Part shown: positions 11,342 to 25,194 of the stretch, one piece after another
How the letters are laid out: every line of letters starts with the position of its first letter
How positions within the stretch are numbered: the stretch's first letter is position 1
Source: Podarcis vaucheri
Taxonomy: Eukaryota
DNA: 64,000 nt
Direction: 5' to 3' (one strand)
NCBI GenBank assembly: GCA_965113315.1
Contig: OZ220365.1
Translations under genes and position numbers: made by a program
The notes under the pieces: model-generated
What the model saw: only the letters and a program-made list of their open reading frames with translations
Told to the model about the DNA's origin: nothing
The model's database searches: none

Positions 11342-11540
11342 GGGTCGTGGGAGTGCAATTCCTCCTCCACCACCACCTGGGCGAGGAGCTCAAGTACCAA
11401 GAGGAACGCCTGCGACGCGTGGAGTACTCCCAGTCCCCCCTGTAGCCAGGGGGGTCCCAACCCCTCGAGCAAGAGGAGTTCCAGCAGTACCAGGTTACAG
11501 GCCACCCCCTCCGCCAGCACATGAACCCTATGAAGAATAT
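11342..11540 (+). CDS. KHDRBS2: KHDRBS2 internal coding exon, probably exon 6 (Pro/RG-rich region)
   Basis: Acceptor ttccttctcag| and donor TAT|gtaagt; 199 nt, phase 2 to 0, in frame with the previous exon. Translates (R)GRGSAIPPPPPPGRGAQVPRGTPATRGVLPVPPVARGVPTPRARGVPAVPGYRPPPPPAHEPYEEY. Confidence 0.95.
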
Positions 11541-12389
11541 GTAAGTACCTGTTTTCTTGATAACAACAAATGAACAAAATGAAATACATTTTTAAAAATG
11601 TTGGCTATGTTTGATGTCTTCACAATCACTGATTTGCAAGTTAATTGCACATCAGATACACAAACAAGCATGTGAAGTGTACCATTTGTACCATGAAGAT
11701 GGATTTGGTGGTATGATTTCAATACTAGTTTTTGCACAGTATGATCTTGACAATCATTGCGGCGCTGGGCCATCCCTAAGTGTATCCTTTCATTTTAAAC
11801 AGGTATATTCTGTTGTGAACTCTTTTGTCCTACGCCAATGCCACTTCCCGGTGTACAGACACCACGTGAGGTTTGTCTGTTCTGATCCCCTTGGAGTGAT
11901 TCTTGGTATTATAGACCGCATTCTGCGTTAAGCAAATTAACTATGGTGAATTGATATATGAAAGAATAGGAATTATCAGTGTCTGCTGTTAATTGTTCAC
12001 CCAGTTAAACTATTCCGTTTGTCTTTATTTTTCTGTGCTACCTTGTAAAATTTCAGCATAGATAACCCATGATGGGGAAAGCATACCCTTAAAAAAATAA
12101 GATAAAATGTGGTGTCGTCTTAAATAATTTCTGCCAAAACCAGAATTAGAGAGGATGAGTCCTTTGCTATTGCTCGTCTAACATTATAAATACTCCTCAG
12201 TTTTCTCAGCACCCTCTCAAATAGATCAATCTTTCAAAGTTTCGCCCCCAAGAATTCACATTTTTGTTTTATGTTGTTGCAGTGTTTAAAAAGAGTCAAG
12301 GAAATAGTTACGAAACTTTTAAGTAATCTCTGAACATCTTCAAGACTGAGAGGCAGCATATAAATTTTTGAAGGAAGGAAAAATCTGTA

Positions 12390-12604
12390 CAGTGGTACCT
12401 CGGGATACAAACTTAATTTGTTCCAGAGGTCCATTCTTAACCTGAGGCCCGCTTTCGCTAATGGGGCCTCCTGTGCCGCCAAAGCACAATTTCTGTTCTC
12501 ATCCTGGGGCAAAGTTCACAACCCAAGGTACTACTTCCGGGTTAGCGGAATTTGTAACCCAAGGTGTTTGTAACCCGAAGCATTTGTAACCCGAGGTACC
12601 ACTA
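12390..12604. mobile_element. Tc1/mariner (Tigger-like) MITE
   Basis: TIRs CAGTGGTACCTCGGG / CCCGAGGTACCACT with TA on the left; same family as 57895-58212. Confidence 0.85.
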
Positions 12605-13125
12605 GATGAGGCTTGCAGCCTTTTGAAAAGCAAATCATTGAGATTTTTTTCACCTTGGGCTTGATATAGTAGCCTAATATGAGGGACAGTGGATTCTAAT
12701 GGACAATAGGTATTTCTGAGTATCTGGAATATGATGAATCGGATCCATCTAACATAGTGGAGCTCTTGAACCAGTTTTGCCTAGTCAGGCAGACTTTTCA
12801 TGAAGTTCCTTGGTAGAAGCAGTTTGTTTTCTTGTTTTAAACCGAAGGTACCAATGTGTTTTAAAGCCTGCCAACATAATAGCTGCTTATCCCTTATATT
12901 TTTATACAATCCAACCATAGCGAAACACTTTAAAGTTCAATTGATTTCCATTGGAGTTATAATTAAGCACATGCTTAGCTTTCCAACAGAAATCAATAGG
13001 ACTTCATGTGCTTAACTTAGGCTGGATGGTGCCCTTATTTTTTGTAGAGCTCAGGATGCCCTGTTGATTTTAATGGGCCTTGCTCCCCAGTAATAAACTC
13101 ATCAACAGTGTACTAATGCTGGGAG

Positions 13126-13386
13126 CAGGGCTGTAGCCAGGGGGTGGTGAGGAAGGCCCCCACCAGGGGCACAGGCAAGGGAGGTGCAAAATCGGCTTTA
13201 AAATATGTTCATAAAAATTAAATATTGGATTTTCTTTGAAAGAATTAATTACAAGGTGAAGTGCTTGAAGAATTGAATGTGTGGGGGTTGGGGTTGGAGG
13301 AGAGGCGGAAAGAAGAGCTAATTTGTCCGTGGGTAGCGGGCGCAACAGTTCTGCCAGGGGCGCAAGATCACCTAGCCAAGGCTCTG
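13126..13386. mobile_element. hAT-type non-autonomous transposon
   Basis: Termini CAGGGC../..GCTCTG; 8-bp TSD GCTGGGAG / GCTGGTAG (13118-13125, 13387-13394). Confidence 0.7.
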
Positions 13387-16300
13387 GCTGGTAGGTTATC
13401 ATGTGGAGAACGTAATTCCTCATTGCCTCTGTAAATTTAGATTTAACTTTGCACCCCAGTGAGTAATGCTAAGCCAGCAGAAAAGACTTTGCTGAATGTC
13501 ACCAAATATCCTGGGTGTTGGGATAGTGAAACCTTTTAATAATCTAACAAGGCATTTTTCATTCTCCTACCAGTCCAGGAGCCAAAATACATATTTCAGT
13601 AATCAAAATACAACATTGGTGTTTGGAATTGGTTGTCCGAAATTGTATTCCTATTTAGAATGAGCTATCCTAATGTCAATATGCTGCTGAGAAAGTACAA
13701 ATTTTGGCAATGCAATCCTATATGTGTTGACTCTGAATTAGTTATCAATGTGCTCAGTGGGGTATTTCTGCTATATAAATGTGCTTAAGAATGCAGTCAT
13801 GAGTGAGGGTGTTTTCTGCCCTCTTAACTGCTACAGAATTAAATGTCTGCTTAAGTATCAAATATGTATTAACACATGTTTTGTCTATTAAAAGCTGTAT
13901 GGTTGGTAGTCAGCTTCATGGGTCACAATATGTGCCTTAAGCATATTGGCAGCTTCTTAAAATGAAATCCCCTCTAACTGAACTATTCATGAGGCCTGAC
14001 TTATATCACTTGAGTTGTGGTTTTGAGAGCATATTTGTTGCCACAGCACTTGATAGTTTCTCAGATACAGATGTTGTTGCTGCTTTGTGGGTAGAAGAGC
14101 CATGATCCAAATGGTGACATAAGCCGTACATTTACAGGAAAACTCCAGCATGCTCATATTTCCCCCAGGTAATTTTCATTAAGAAATTCTACTGGAGATC
14201 TCAAGGTGCTAAAACGGCTGTGTAATCCCCCCCCCCCATATTTTAATTGAATTTTAGCAACAAAAAAGCATTTTCCAGAAAAAAATTAAAATAAGGTTGT
14301 TGTTGTTTTTTTTAAAAAAATCACAATTGCCAAGAAAGAAGTATAGGATATAGCTATGCAATCTATTAAGTCCATAATAAAAACAACCAAGAGGAAAAGG
14401 CTGTGTGGTCTGTAATTACAAAGCATTCCATGGTCTAAATAAAAATAATTACAAAATTTTAATTCAAAAAAGAAGATAGAAAATATCCTTGGTGGGGGCC
14501 ATTTGGATCATCAGTGCTGCTGCCAGTGTGGGCTCTTGACTGCCTCATTTATTGTTACTGGGGCGTTCCAACATCTGATGAAACAGATGACTATATGGGC
14601 TGGGAAATGCCAATAAGTCGCAGTTATAACTAATGAGAAAGGTGAATAATGTATTTGGTGAATTGAAAATACCAATACATGTATTTGGTAAATTGAAATA
14701 ACATTGTACACGGATATTAGACGAAAAGTATTCAGAGTGAGGATAGCGGTGAGCCGCATCTTAATTGCATCTTTTTAAACCCACATTTTAATCAAGAGTG
14801 ACTTGAGCACATGACCATGAACCACAGAGAACCACATTTAATTTGAGAGACCTTATTTATTAATGTATGCTGTTAAGGTATGGGGGAACATAAATGAGCT
14901 CTTTGATGAGTTTCTTGTTCTATATTGCATCAACACATCTGTTGGGTGGGTGGGTGGGAATACAATCCTGGGTTTACTCGGCAGGATGGTTGATTTTCAC
15001 TTTTCCTCACACTGAGGCAATTAGCATTGATGGAATACCCACCCATTGACTACATACTTCCTAAAATCACAGAGAAGTCCCCAAACCTCCCTGAGACAAA
15101 AATGAGCACTGTATTTTTGTGAAACATGTAAAAGGCATCTAGTTTAGAGTCTAAATTGCTGCATGATATATCTGAAGGGCACCGTAATTTTATGTGAATT
15201 TGTGCTTATAATAAAAACAGTTTAACGTGTCAGCAGCATATATGTCACTTTATGTCTGTGAAAGGCTGTAGGAGTTATTTTCACTGGAAAAAAAGAACTA
15301 TTGACTGTGGTTTGAGCCCCTGAAAATCAGGACTGGGGAACCTGTGAGCCTCTGCTCCCATCAGTCCCAAGCAGCATGCCCAGGAGTTTCAGGTATGATG
15401 GCAGTTGTCGACCTGCAGTATCCAAAGAGCCACATGTTCCCAATCCCTGCAGTAAATTGACAAATCAAATGTCCAATGCTCTGGAACATTCTCGTTAACA
15501 CTAATGATGGCTATTCTCATTTAAGATCTCATAATGATTTGTAATAGAACCGAAGTAAATAAGGGGCTGCCTGTTGCTAGAAAAGGTCCCATCAGAATGG
15601 CAAAACGTTTAAAATGTGCATATTGGGGAGTGGGGGGGTGGAGGCTTTGGCTGTATTCAGAAAACACTTTAATCCATTTGCCCAGTGTTTCCTTGCCTGA
15701 TCATTTCCATGTTTTATATGATCCTTCACATGGCATAAATGCCACTTCTGGAAAACTACTAGTGGAAAAGCTACTTGTCTAGCATTTCTGTGTTATTTGC
15801 TTGGGGGGGGGGGAATCCATTTGCAGCCCTGTTAACCCAGAAAAGGACAAGAGTAATGTCACACGATGAAATCTGGAGCATTATTCTGTTATACCATTCT
15901 TTCCTGGATTTTCAAATTCAGCACAACATGACAGTATATCCATCAGAAAGCCACAGATCTAGAATCCAACGGGTAATAATGCAGTGTAAAAGAAATGTTA
16001 GAATACAGGATTATAATCAGGAAAACTAACCCAATAATCCTCACGTCCAAATGTACCCTCTGTCACTGATCCAGTAGAAGATAGTCTTAACTCCTTGCTT
16101 GCTCTCAACAAGATTTGAATGAGTTGGCCTGTTTATTGAGAATTCATCCTGATATGCTTCAACGAAGTTTACCTGGTGGTTGGACTATGTCCAGTTTTAC
16201 TGGGCATTTGTTCTGATTTGTTTATGGGATGCTGATATAAACACAGAATATTCTTCCTGCATTCATCCTGACTGCCATGCAGTATGTTTACATATCTTCC

Positions 16301-16427
16301 TATTGTCAAGGGAGTAGCTAAAATGACTCCTCAGGTTCGTTCCACGTGGGGAATTCAATAAAAAAACAAAACCAAGGATTCCAGCAAGACAATATCCTTT
16401 ATTAACTAGTAACTGCAGTAAACTAGT

Positions 16428-16741
16428 GAAGATCAAACCTATCCATTCTTAAGGAAATTAGCCCTGAGTGTTCACTGGAAGGACAGATCCTGAAGCTGAG
16501 ACTCTAATACTTTGGCCACCTCGTGAGAAGAGAAGACTCCCTGGAAAAGACCCTGATGTTGGGAAGGATGGAGGGCACAAGGAGAAGGGGACGACAGAGG
16601 ATGAGATGGTTGGATAGTGTTCTCGAAGCTACCAGCATGAGTTTGACCAAACTGCGGGAAGCAGTGGAAGACAGGAGTGCCTGGTGTGCTCTGGTCCATG
16701 GGGTCACAAAGAGTCAGACACGACTAAACAACAACAACAAC
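16428..16741 (+). mobile_element. BovB (RTE) LINE 3' fragment
   Basis: Encodes ..RREDSLEKTLMLGRMEGTRRRGRQRMRWLDSV..; ends CATGGGGTCACAAAGAGTCAGACACGACTAAA(CAA)n. Confidence 0.92.
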
Positions 16742-18425
16742 ATGTAAAAGAGTATAAAAGGCTATGTGAAACCTGTGATAGGTGCAGCACCCATCACTTA
16801 TGGGGATGTCCTTTACCGCAGTAAAGTTAATAAAAAGGGTATAGCTTTTTCCACTACACACAACATCAGAAGCTTCCCCACCCCCACTATAACCTGTAGG
16901 TTACCCACCCTTAGGTATACATGAATGTTCTGTGCTTCTTGATCCAGATGCACAAAGGCTGAAGCACACAACTGCCTCCTGGTGAAATAAAATCCTCCTG
17001 CACTCAAATGATATAATTGTAAATGGTCTTTCTCCCCTCCCCCTGTAAAACCTAAGGAGAGCCACAAATAGCTCTGAGTCTGTGTCCCATGACAACATCT
17101 AATGTACGAGTAGTATGGCAGATCATAATTTAAGACAGCTCTTTTAGATATATATATATATATAAGACAAAGCAAACTGGAATGCAAAATGAAGCATACT
17201 GTTTTTAATGCCATGTAGTTTCTTCTCTGTGCTGTTTTTCAAGCTGCAATACAAATGATTGAAAATGAAAGCTAATGTCACATTCAACTATTTAAGCTCC
17301 GTTGGCCATTTACATTTTTCAATGGGTTTTAGGCAAGTTGGAACAACTGCACTTATCCAGTGGATTCATGGACAATGACAAGCATTACAAGAGGAGACAT
17401 TTTGTCACATTTTAGTCTTTCTGCACAGAACCGTTGTGTTTATGAATATGTTACAGTGGCTTCACAGCAGTAGGGAATGCTTTTCTTTAACGTTGAAATT
17501 GGTCCTATAACATATACTACAAGTGGTGTGTTAAAGGGAGAAAAGGACACTTTATAAGATAAAAGTATCCAGTACTGTTTCTTATGGGTGATTTTGGCAC
17601 CATTTTGGAGAAGCAAGAAAACAACTCATCTATTTGAAAAAGAAGGATCACCACTTATGGGTTGTAAACTTCCTACATTTGCCTCTGTTGTACACATTAT
17701 CTTTGTTTCTCAACACTCCAGGAACCTTTTCTTGCACACTGGTTCTTTTTCAGTTCCCCCATTGCTAGCAACTAAAATTGGTTTCTGTGTTGGTAAACAA
17801 GAGATTACAAGACAAACACCTGCTGAAACATTTCCCTCAAAGCTTAATTAGGGTACAGGGAAACTCACAAAGGTCACCCAGTACTGCTAATCACACAGAG
17901 TAGCAAATATTGCACCATCTTCACACTGGTGCCTTTTCTTAGCTTGACTAAAACCGTGACAGCATTTCTGCTTGCCCCACACTCCAGACAGAAAAACATT
18001 TCTGCCCTTAAGACAGGTATTCAGGCCTATTTTCATCGTAAGCTGGTGCCTCTTGACCAAAGTTTTCTTCCATTCCACAGCTTCTGAGGTGATCATCTTC
18101 ACTGCACATGCAAATATGCCGAGAAAATTGAGCTCATTTGCACCCCAGATAGAGCATATTCCAGTTGTGAGTTTACCATGAATGACTGCAGCCAAGCTAA
18201 CTCTATATGAGTCTCACAGAGCTTTCCTGTAAAATTTGCTAGTGATAACTGTGTGAGATCACTTCCTTTGTCTGCCTTGGCAGGAAGCTGTAACACTGAA
18301 TATGGCCTTCCTTCCTAGGCATCTCTCTCTTTCTTTATCATGCTTCCAAGCTGACCACATGTGCATGCCTGAGCTCTGCAGCTCAGACACCATTTTGAAC
18401 TTAAATTTTATACCTTTGTAACTTA

Positions 18426-18765
18426 GGTAAAGGGACCCCTGACCATTAGGTCCAGTCAAGGCTGACTCTGGGGTTGCGGCGCTCATCTTGCTTTACTGGC
18501 CGAGGGAGCCGGCGTACAGCTTTTGGGTCATGTGGACAGCATGACTAAGTCGCTTCTGGCAAGCCAGAGCAGCGCACGGAAGCACCGTTTACCTTTCCGC
18601 TGGAGCGGTACCTATTTATCTACTTGCACTTTGAAGTGCTTTCGAACTGCTAGGTTGGCAGGAGCAGGGACCGAGCAACAGGAGCTCACGGGGATTCGAA
18701 TCGCTGACCTTTTCATCGGCAGGTCCTAGGCTCTGTGGTTTAACCCACAGCGCCACCCGCATCCC
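18426..18765 (-). mobile_element. Sauria SINE, near full length
   Basis: A and B boxes, CCTTTACC tail, TSD TTGTAACTTA (18416-18425, 18767-18776). Confidence 0.93.
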
Positions 18766-21059
18766 ATTGTAACTTAGACAGTAGTCATAAACCCGCCTAC
18801 ATTTTGCTACTGTAACTGCTGCTTCAAGGCCTAGATTATGCATGTAAATACTACTTTTACTTCTTTACCAAACAATGTCTGTGTATTGTTATATTTAAGG
18901 GGGAGAAAAGGGGTAATACCAGAGAAAATCCAGTTGTCCTTAATGCATCCTGGTTCATTGTTTCTAGAAGGTTAGATCAACCTTATCTTAGCTTCCACGT
19001 TTAAAGCTGCAAAGGATGGTACTCTGCTGAGCTCACCCATATGAGCAAGGAAGGATAATAAATAAACAATAGAACCTTTCCTAGTGTCTAAATGCATTCC
19101 TACACAGATAATGAGGGAGGAAATAGGCAAGTAGTCGGTTGTGCCCAAGGCAGTATGAAATATGAGTAGGTGAGTGAAGGCACTTGGGATGTGTGAGCTG
19201 GGGCTGAGATGATTCGAGATGCAGATAAAATAGTGGCAAAAGTGCATTCACTTGAGAAAGAAATTAGTGGACAATACAACTGCGGAAATGGTGGCACTTA
19301 CAGTACTTGGAAAGCCCATGTCTAAGGCAGAGGTACAATTTTCATCAATACTGTACTATTTTGTGATCAAATCTCTTTTTGGGAGGTGTTTGTGTGATTG
19401 AAATGGATAAATCCATCCTCGGTTTCTTCATATGAATGGTTTCCTATATAGAATAGTGCCTATGAAATTTCTGGCTGCGGCAGCAACTGCAAAACTAAGG
19501 TAAGATCAGAGGTGGGGCCAGGGGTAAGCAATCTGTGTCAGGAGTGACACGTCACAAAACAGGAATGTGAAAGTTCATAGAGTGGGGGGGGCTCATATGC
19601 CATCCAGTGCTATCCCTTGGTTAGGACATCTCTAGCTGAGATATAAATTCACTGAGAAAGAACACCTGATAGGTGTCATTTACTGGCAACTATTTGCATA
19701 AGCATGGTGAATATTAAAAACGAGCTTTCTGCACAGGACTACTTCCAAGTGGGTTATCAGAACTTGACCTATGACCAGCCTTGCACAAGACTTTGGATGC
19801 TGTTGAGCTTCCCCATGTGGTGGATTATTATAGGTTGACTCTCCTTTCCACTGGGTTTTGGAAGTTAGTGCTAGCTCTCTAAGCTAAGAGTTAGATGCTT
19901 AATCATTCCATGATTGAACATATTCTATTGATTTAAGTGGGAGGAAGATCCAATATAATTAGATATTTCTAGGTGAGCATATTTAATTGCGTTGAAAAGT
20001 ACTGAAAGCAAGTGTATATACCTAACAATTTATTTGTCAAACATAATATGCCTATCTCTGTAGTTTGAAAATGTATTTTTATTCATAATTCTTTCGATAT
20101 TGCACTGATTGCCACTATGCACAGTGAATAAAGTGTTGAAAAACACACATAGAACAAAGACGATGGGAACAACCTGACATTACAGACAGTGGAACTTGCC
20201 AGACTGAATAGCATATTGATTTAAAGTGATGGATTGTTTTTTACGCCTAAGGCAGTTAGATAAAAGGCTAAATGATGTTTCACTAATATTTGCTGTGTCT
20301 TGAAAACTCAGATTGCAATTTTTTACTCTAATGACAATAAACAGTAGATTGATTATATATTATTATGAAGACTATATTAGGGGTTTTGGCAGAATATTAT
20401 GAATAATAATATAACATAGAGAATGAAAGAGGGAGGTAGAATTTGTGCTTGCTCCTCTTAATGCCTTTTAAAACAATCACCACAACAAAAGCACCACTCT
20501 TTCCTTTGGCAAATTTCTTTAAAATAATTGTGCCAAATTGACAGCAGTTTTTTTAGGAATCACAAAAGGGAGTTTGCACTTGAAAATTAAAAGATGGTTT
20601 TCTATTTAGTGGAGTTGACAGCCTCAAGCATTCTGAAAGAATAATGACTTAATCCACAGGAGGGTGTTGTGTGCAAAGTCAATTGAAATGTCATACCATG
20701 TATGTGCTTGCATAGATGCCATCAACTGTGGTGAGGATTTTGCTGGGCATTGGCATCGTGGCTTGACCTTTATTTATTTCGAAGAAGGTGCAAAAAGGAA
20801 ATCATGGCCACACCAATCCAGTTATGGGGACTTACGTGCCCAAAAGTAGGTTTCCGTGTGCATATGCGTAACTTCACAGACAAATATTTTGTTGTTGTTG
20901 TGTTGTTGTTTATATTTATTAGTTACTTTAAAGAAAAAGAAGCTTGAAGTGACTTACAAAATGGAACATTGGAAATAAGTATTACAAACAAAATATAAAC
21001 AACTTGAAATACACCAGATACATATATCCAACTCCCCCAACCTTGCTAATAAAATAAGC

Positions 21060-21420
21060 AGAAAATTAGATCCAAAGACCTGGTTGAATAAGAATGTTTT
21101 TGCCTGGCACATGAAAACAGATTGTGATGGTACTAGGCATTCCTTCCTGGGGAGAGCATTCCATAAATGGCGAGCCACCACTGAGAAGCCCCTTCTTGTT
21201 TCACCATCCTCTACACCTCCCTCGGATGAAGAATGCAGGGCATGGGTTGCTTCATGTGGGGAGGGGTCTTGAGATGCATAAGGTTATATATATCAAAACC
21301 AGCACTTTGAATTGCGCTCAGAAACTACTAAGTAACCCGTCCTGCATTACCAGAATCAATGTTACATGTTCAGACTGTCCTGCCCTGGTAAGCAGCCTGG
21401 CTGCTGAAATCTGTACCAGA
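21060..21420 (-). mobile_element. L2 LINE fragment
   Basis: Translates ..VARHLWNALP..FMCQAKTFLFNQVF, typical of the L2 ORF2 C-terminus. Confidence 0.7.
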
Positions 21421-21622
21421 ATATATCCAGCTGCTGAGACTGCACATATGTATTCTTTTAAAAGAAACTGGAATCCCAGTAGTCAACTGTTTGGAAGGGG
21501 TAGATTAATTCCCCCCTCCTTTCCCCTTCCAGCAGTATTTCTGCTCACTACAATTCTAGTTTCCTTCTAGAGCTAAGTGTGTGTGCACCTAACTGTTGCA
21601 CAGTCTTGGTGATGATGTATCC

Positions 21623-21946
21623 CAGGGATAGGAAATCTCAGGCCCTGGGGGTCAAATCCAGCCCTCTAGACCTCTTTTGCTGACCCCCATAATTCTCTCT
21701 AGACCACATCCCTTCCCTTGCTACATCCCTCACCGGCCATGCATCCATTTTACCAGATGTCCTTGAACTCTGATAAATGCTCCTTAGTTGCCTAGATGGG
21801 AGGATAGAGTTGTGTTGAATGTGAAGAAACCAGCCTTCTGCTTTGCCCAATTTTGTCTTTGGCCTTACCCATCACTAGCATGCGGTTCCCAGAAAACTGC
21901 TCATAAGGGAATGCGACCTGCAAGCTGAAAAATGTTCCCCATTCCT
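21623..21946. mobile_element. Degraded hAT-like transposon
   Basis: Left end cagggataggaaatctcaggccc and right end aaaatgttccccattcct are loosely complementary. Confidence 0.45.
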
Positions 21947-22329
21947 AGCTTGCCCCATGAAAGACAGCAGCAAGAACCAAACAAGAAACCATTCCTTTTT
22001 AGTTTCTTCCTCCGCTGCTCTGGCGTCACTTTCTCCTACTTCTATACTGAAGACTGGAACAGAAGTATTTCTACTACTAGTAGTAATATTCTTTGAAAAT
22101 CCAAGCAGGAGAGCTATATCGATTGCATACACTGATGCTACATTGATTGCACAGGAAGTCTCCGGATTTAGGAAGGAGAAAGTGTGAGATAGCAGCATTG
22201 GAGGAGAATGCCTCATCAAAGGGAATTAAAGGAGACCCAAAGGGGCTTCACAGTCCACATTAAGCCAAGATATGGATAGGCCCATAGTCTCCTCCTTAGT
22301 ATGACCCCAGTGGTACAGTTCAGCACCAC

Positions 22330-22470
22330 CAGGGGTGCCAACTTGAATAAAATATTGAGGGGGCCCAGGTAAGTCCTGTCCCCCATAATTGGTCACATGA
22401 CAGGGTGCACCCACACTATTTGAATGGTAATACCGATGAACTTGGGGGTGTCCTCAAATATTTTATGGGG
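22330..22470. mobile_element. hAT-like MITE remnant
   Basis: Starts caggggtgccaacttgaataaaatattg with an internal inverted caaatattttat. Confidence 0.5.
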
Positions 22471-23881
22471 GACGATGACGGGAGTCCGATATGTACCACT
22501 TTGTACTTTTGGATCATTCAGTACAGGTTCTAAACAGCAATAGAAGAGCAACATTTCTGAGGCAGGAGACTATAGTGATGCCCATAGTTTCCACATTTGA
22601 AGCTGTTTAGCACGTAATGCACCACAAAGCGTACGTTTTTATCATTTTGGTGTTTTTGTTAGGTCAGGCTCTTGGTCTGATACTGAGTCTCTAAGGATTT
22701 TTTGTAAAAGAGAAACAATGTAATTTTGCGAAGAGGGCGCCTCTCTTGACTGAAATATTCAATGATACGTTCCAACTTTAAAGGGTTGCTATTCATTGCC
22801 AGATGGAGTTGAAAAGAAGCGCTGACGCAGCCTAAAGTGCAATGTTGCAATGTTTGATGCTAATACAACCGCAGCCTAATAAATATTCATACAGATATAT
22901 AGTAATCTAAGTGAAGGGTAACAGCCAGGGGAATATTTGGCCTTCGCTTGGCCCTTAAATATTCATATTGCCTATCCCTTTTAGCAGAGATGCTTTTTAT
23001 AAATCCTAAAATACTGCACAATAGGAAGAGCCCCTCCCCCAACCCAAGGCTTCTTTTCTGCAGCCCAACTAAGTTCTTCATTAAAGCTAACTATTAAAAA
23101 GCCATTAATTGCATAAGCTTCCTAAGCACACTTCCTATCTCAATAAGGAACCACAAACTGCATACATTACATTCTCCTCCTTCCAAGCCCAAGCCAGCTG
23201 ACACCAGCTGCCTGGCAGAGAAGTTTCTGGTTGAGTTGCCATGTCTTGATATTGCATCCCTGTAATTTTGTTTAAAAGTTTTTTGATTTTTACTTGCAGG
23301 CTGCCTTAAAGGATTTTGTAATCTTAAAAGTATGATGACGAGGATACTGTTGTTTTATTATTTATTAATCAATCAATTAATCAATTAGTTAACTAAGATG
23401 GACCAAATTCAGAGGCTATCCAGTTAAAACACAATAGATAAACCCAGGAAGGTTTTGCCAGCTAAGGAGCTGAAGGAGGGGTCTTTATGGTTACTTTGCC
23501 TGTGAAAAGAGCAGTCTGCCTATAGGATTGTACTTACACTGCCCAAATCACCCCATGTGGAGCCCATAGAAAGATTTCCTGCTGGAAGTAGGGGCTGAAA
23601 TGAGGTATGGCAGTTTGTCAGAGGTAGTCAAGAACCCATAAGATTCTTAGGCCTCTTGTTCTGCTGAAAAGCATCCAAAACTACATTTAGAGCTAGCTTA
23701 GTAATTTTCCTACAACTATGTTTGTGACCACAGAATAAAATCTGTTGCTGTCACTCTCTACTGCTGAAGTCAGTTGAAGGGGTTTTTAAAAATGGAAGAA
23801 AAAAAGTGGGAAAAAAATTAAGCAATGTCAGTAGGTCCACCATTGGATCTTCCCGCCTGCAATATAGAATTGCTCTGTAAG

Positions 23882-24070
23882 GCACCATCTGCCTTATACA
23901 TTTAAAACAGTATCATACTAGAGTCATGGACTCCCCCAGGATTCCTGGGAACTGTAGCTTCTTAGGACTCCTGAGCATTTTGAGGAGACACCTATTACCC
24001 TCACAGAGTTACAGTTTCCAGAGTTTAAAGTGGTATTATACTACTTTTAATGTGCAGGACAGGTGGGACC
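23882..24070. mobile_element. Lizard hairpin MITE (possibly PIF/Harbinger-derived)
   Basis: tacatttaaaacagtatcata..cctgggaactgtag..tattatactacttttaatgt; related copy at 46535-46700. Confidence 0.5.
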
Positions 24071-25141
24071 TGAATCAGTTTCAATTGATCATGCTAATAT
24101 AGCAAACTCATTCTCTTAAGCGTAGATCCTTACTTAGCCAAAAGGGCACAACCCATTCAACAAGAGGGAGACAAATTTTCAGCAAGCTCTGGGGAACCCC
24201 AAGGTTTACATAGGTATAAAAATATTTATGGGGAAAGAACTACCTTAATGGGGACTGAGCATGCCCAGTGAGCATGGAATATTGATTGGCTGTTGTGGGG
24301 TGAGAGTTGAGAAAAACTAAAGAGGGAAGGGAAAACAGAAGGGTGTGACTGGCTGACTGGAACTCTTGATATATCCCAGTTGTCTAATAGATTGACTACC
24401 TCTTTGCTCTTAACCCTAACATAGCCTTCCAGAATTCTGTTAGTATGGAGCTTTGAGAAGGGTTGCCGTGTCCCATTTCACGGCACTTCCCAGTTCTCTG
24501 CCACCAGCATGAGAACTGATTTATGGCAAGAGCTTGTGAGATCTTGCCAGATATCTGCACTGATGCCTGCACCACTTCTCTGACAGCATTGGAGGCGGTG
24601 GAGCACCCATGGGTGTGCTTCTCTGGGGGGCTTCTGTCACCTGAGACAGCTGCTTCACCCCATTTCACGGGTTCTGGCTTTGAGATCTGCATCCATAACA
24701 TGTGCCAATTTCAGTTATATCTGAAAATGTAAACCAGGCGTCATTTCAACCAGAAATAGGCTGTGAACTAGCCGAACCATATTTACTGTTCAGTTTTTAG
24801 CTCTGTGTGAATTGCCATGGAATGATTTGTATTTATTTGAAGAAAACATTCCTTTTTCTCTCCTGCAAGGAGGACTTTCTGGGCCAAAAGCATAACTCTG
24901 TAACTTAAAGCAACCGAGTTGGTCTTGTGGAAAAAGAAACCTAGAGATGATAACCTTCTGCTGGACCAACCAGTCATCTGTAATATAGCAAGAAAGCTTT
25001 TCAAGCTACGCATTATTCACCAGGTATACAGTGAAAAGAATAAATAAAAAAATAGGTGCTGTTAATATCCTAGGATGGTTGGGAGGAAATGGTGTCAGCA
25101 ATTCAGCAACAGGGATCTTCTGTACATAGAGTGCTAGAGGC

Positions 25142-25145
<4 letters not shown>

Positions 25146-25182
<37 letters not shown>
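25146..25182. repeat. (TG)n microsatellite
   Basis: Direct reading. Confidence 0.95.

Positions 25183-25194
<12 letters not shown>

Noticed and set aside
11277-11573. 98-aa ORF as a standalone gene
   Set aside because: It is the KHDRBS2 exon plus intronic read-through on both sides.
14572-14589. CTGATGA hammerhead-like core
   Set aside because: It sits in a simple catctg/cagatg hairpin with no stem II or proper GAAA/UH arrangement.
22319-22339. REST/RE1 site TTCAGCACCAC
   Set aside because: Only the left half-site; the GGACAG half is absent because a MITE begins there.
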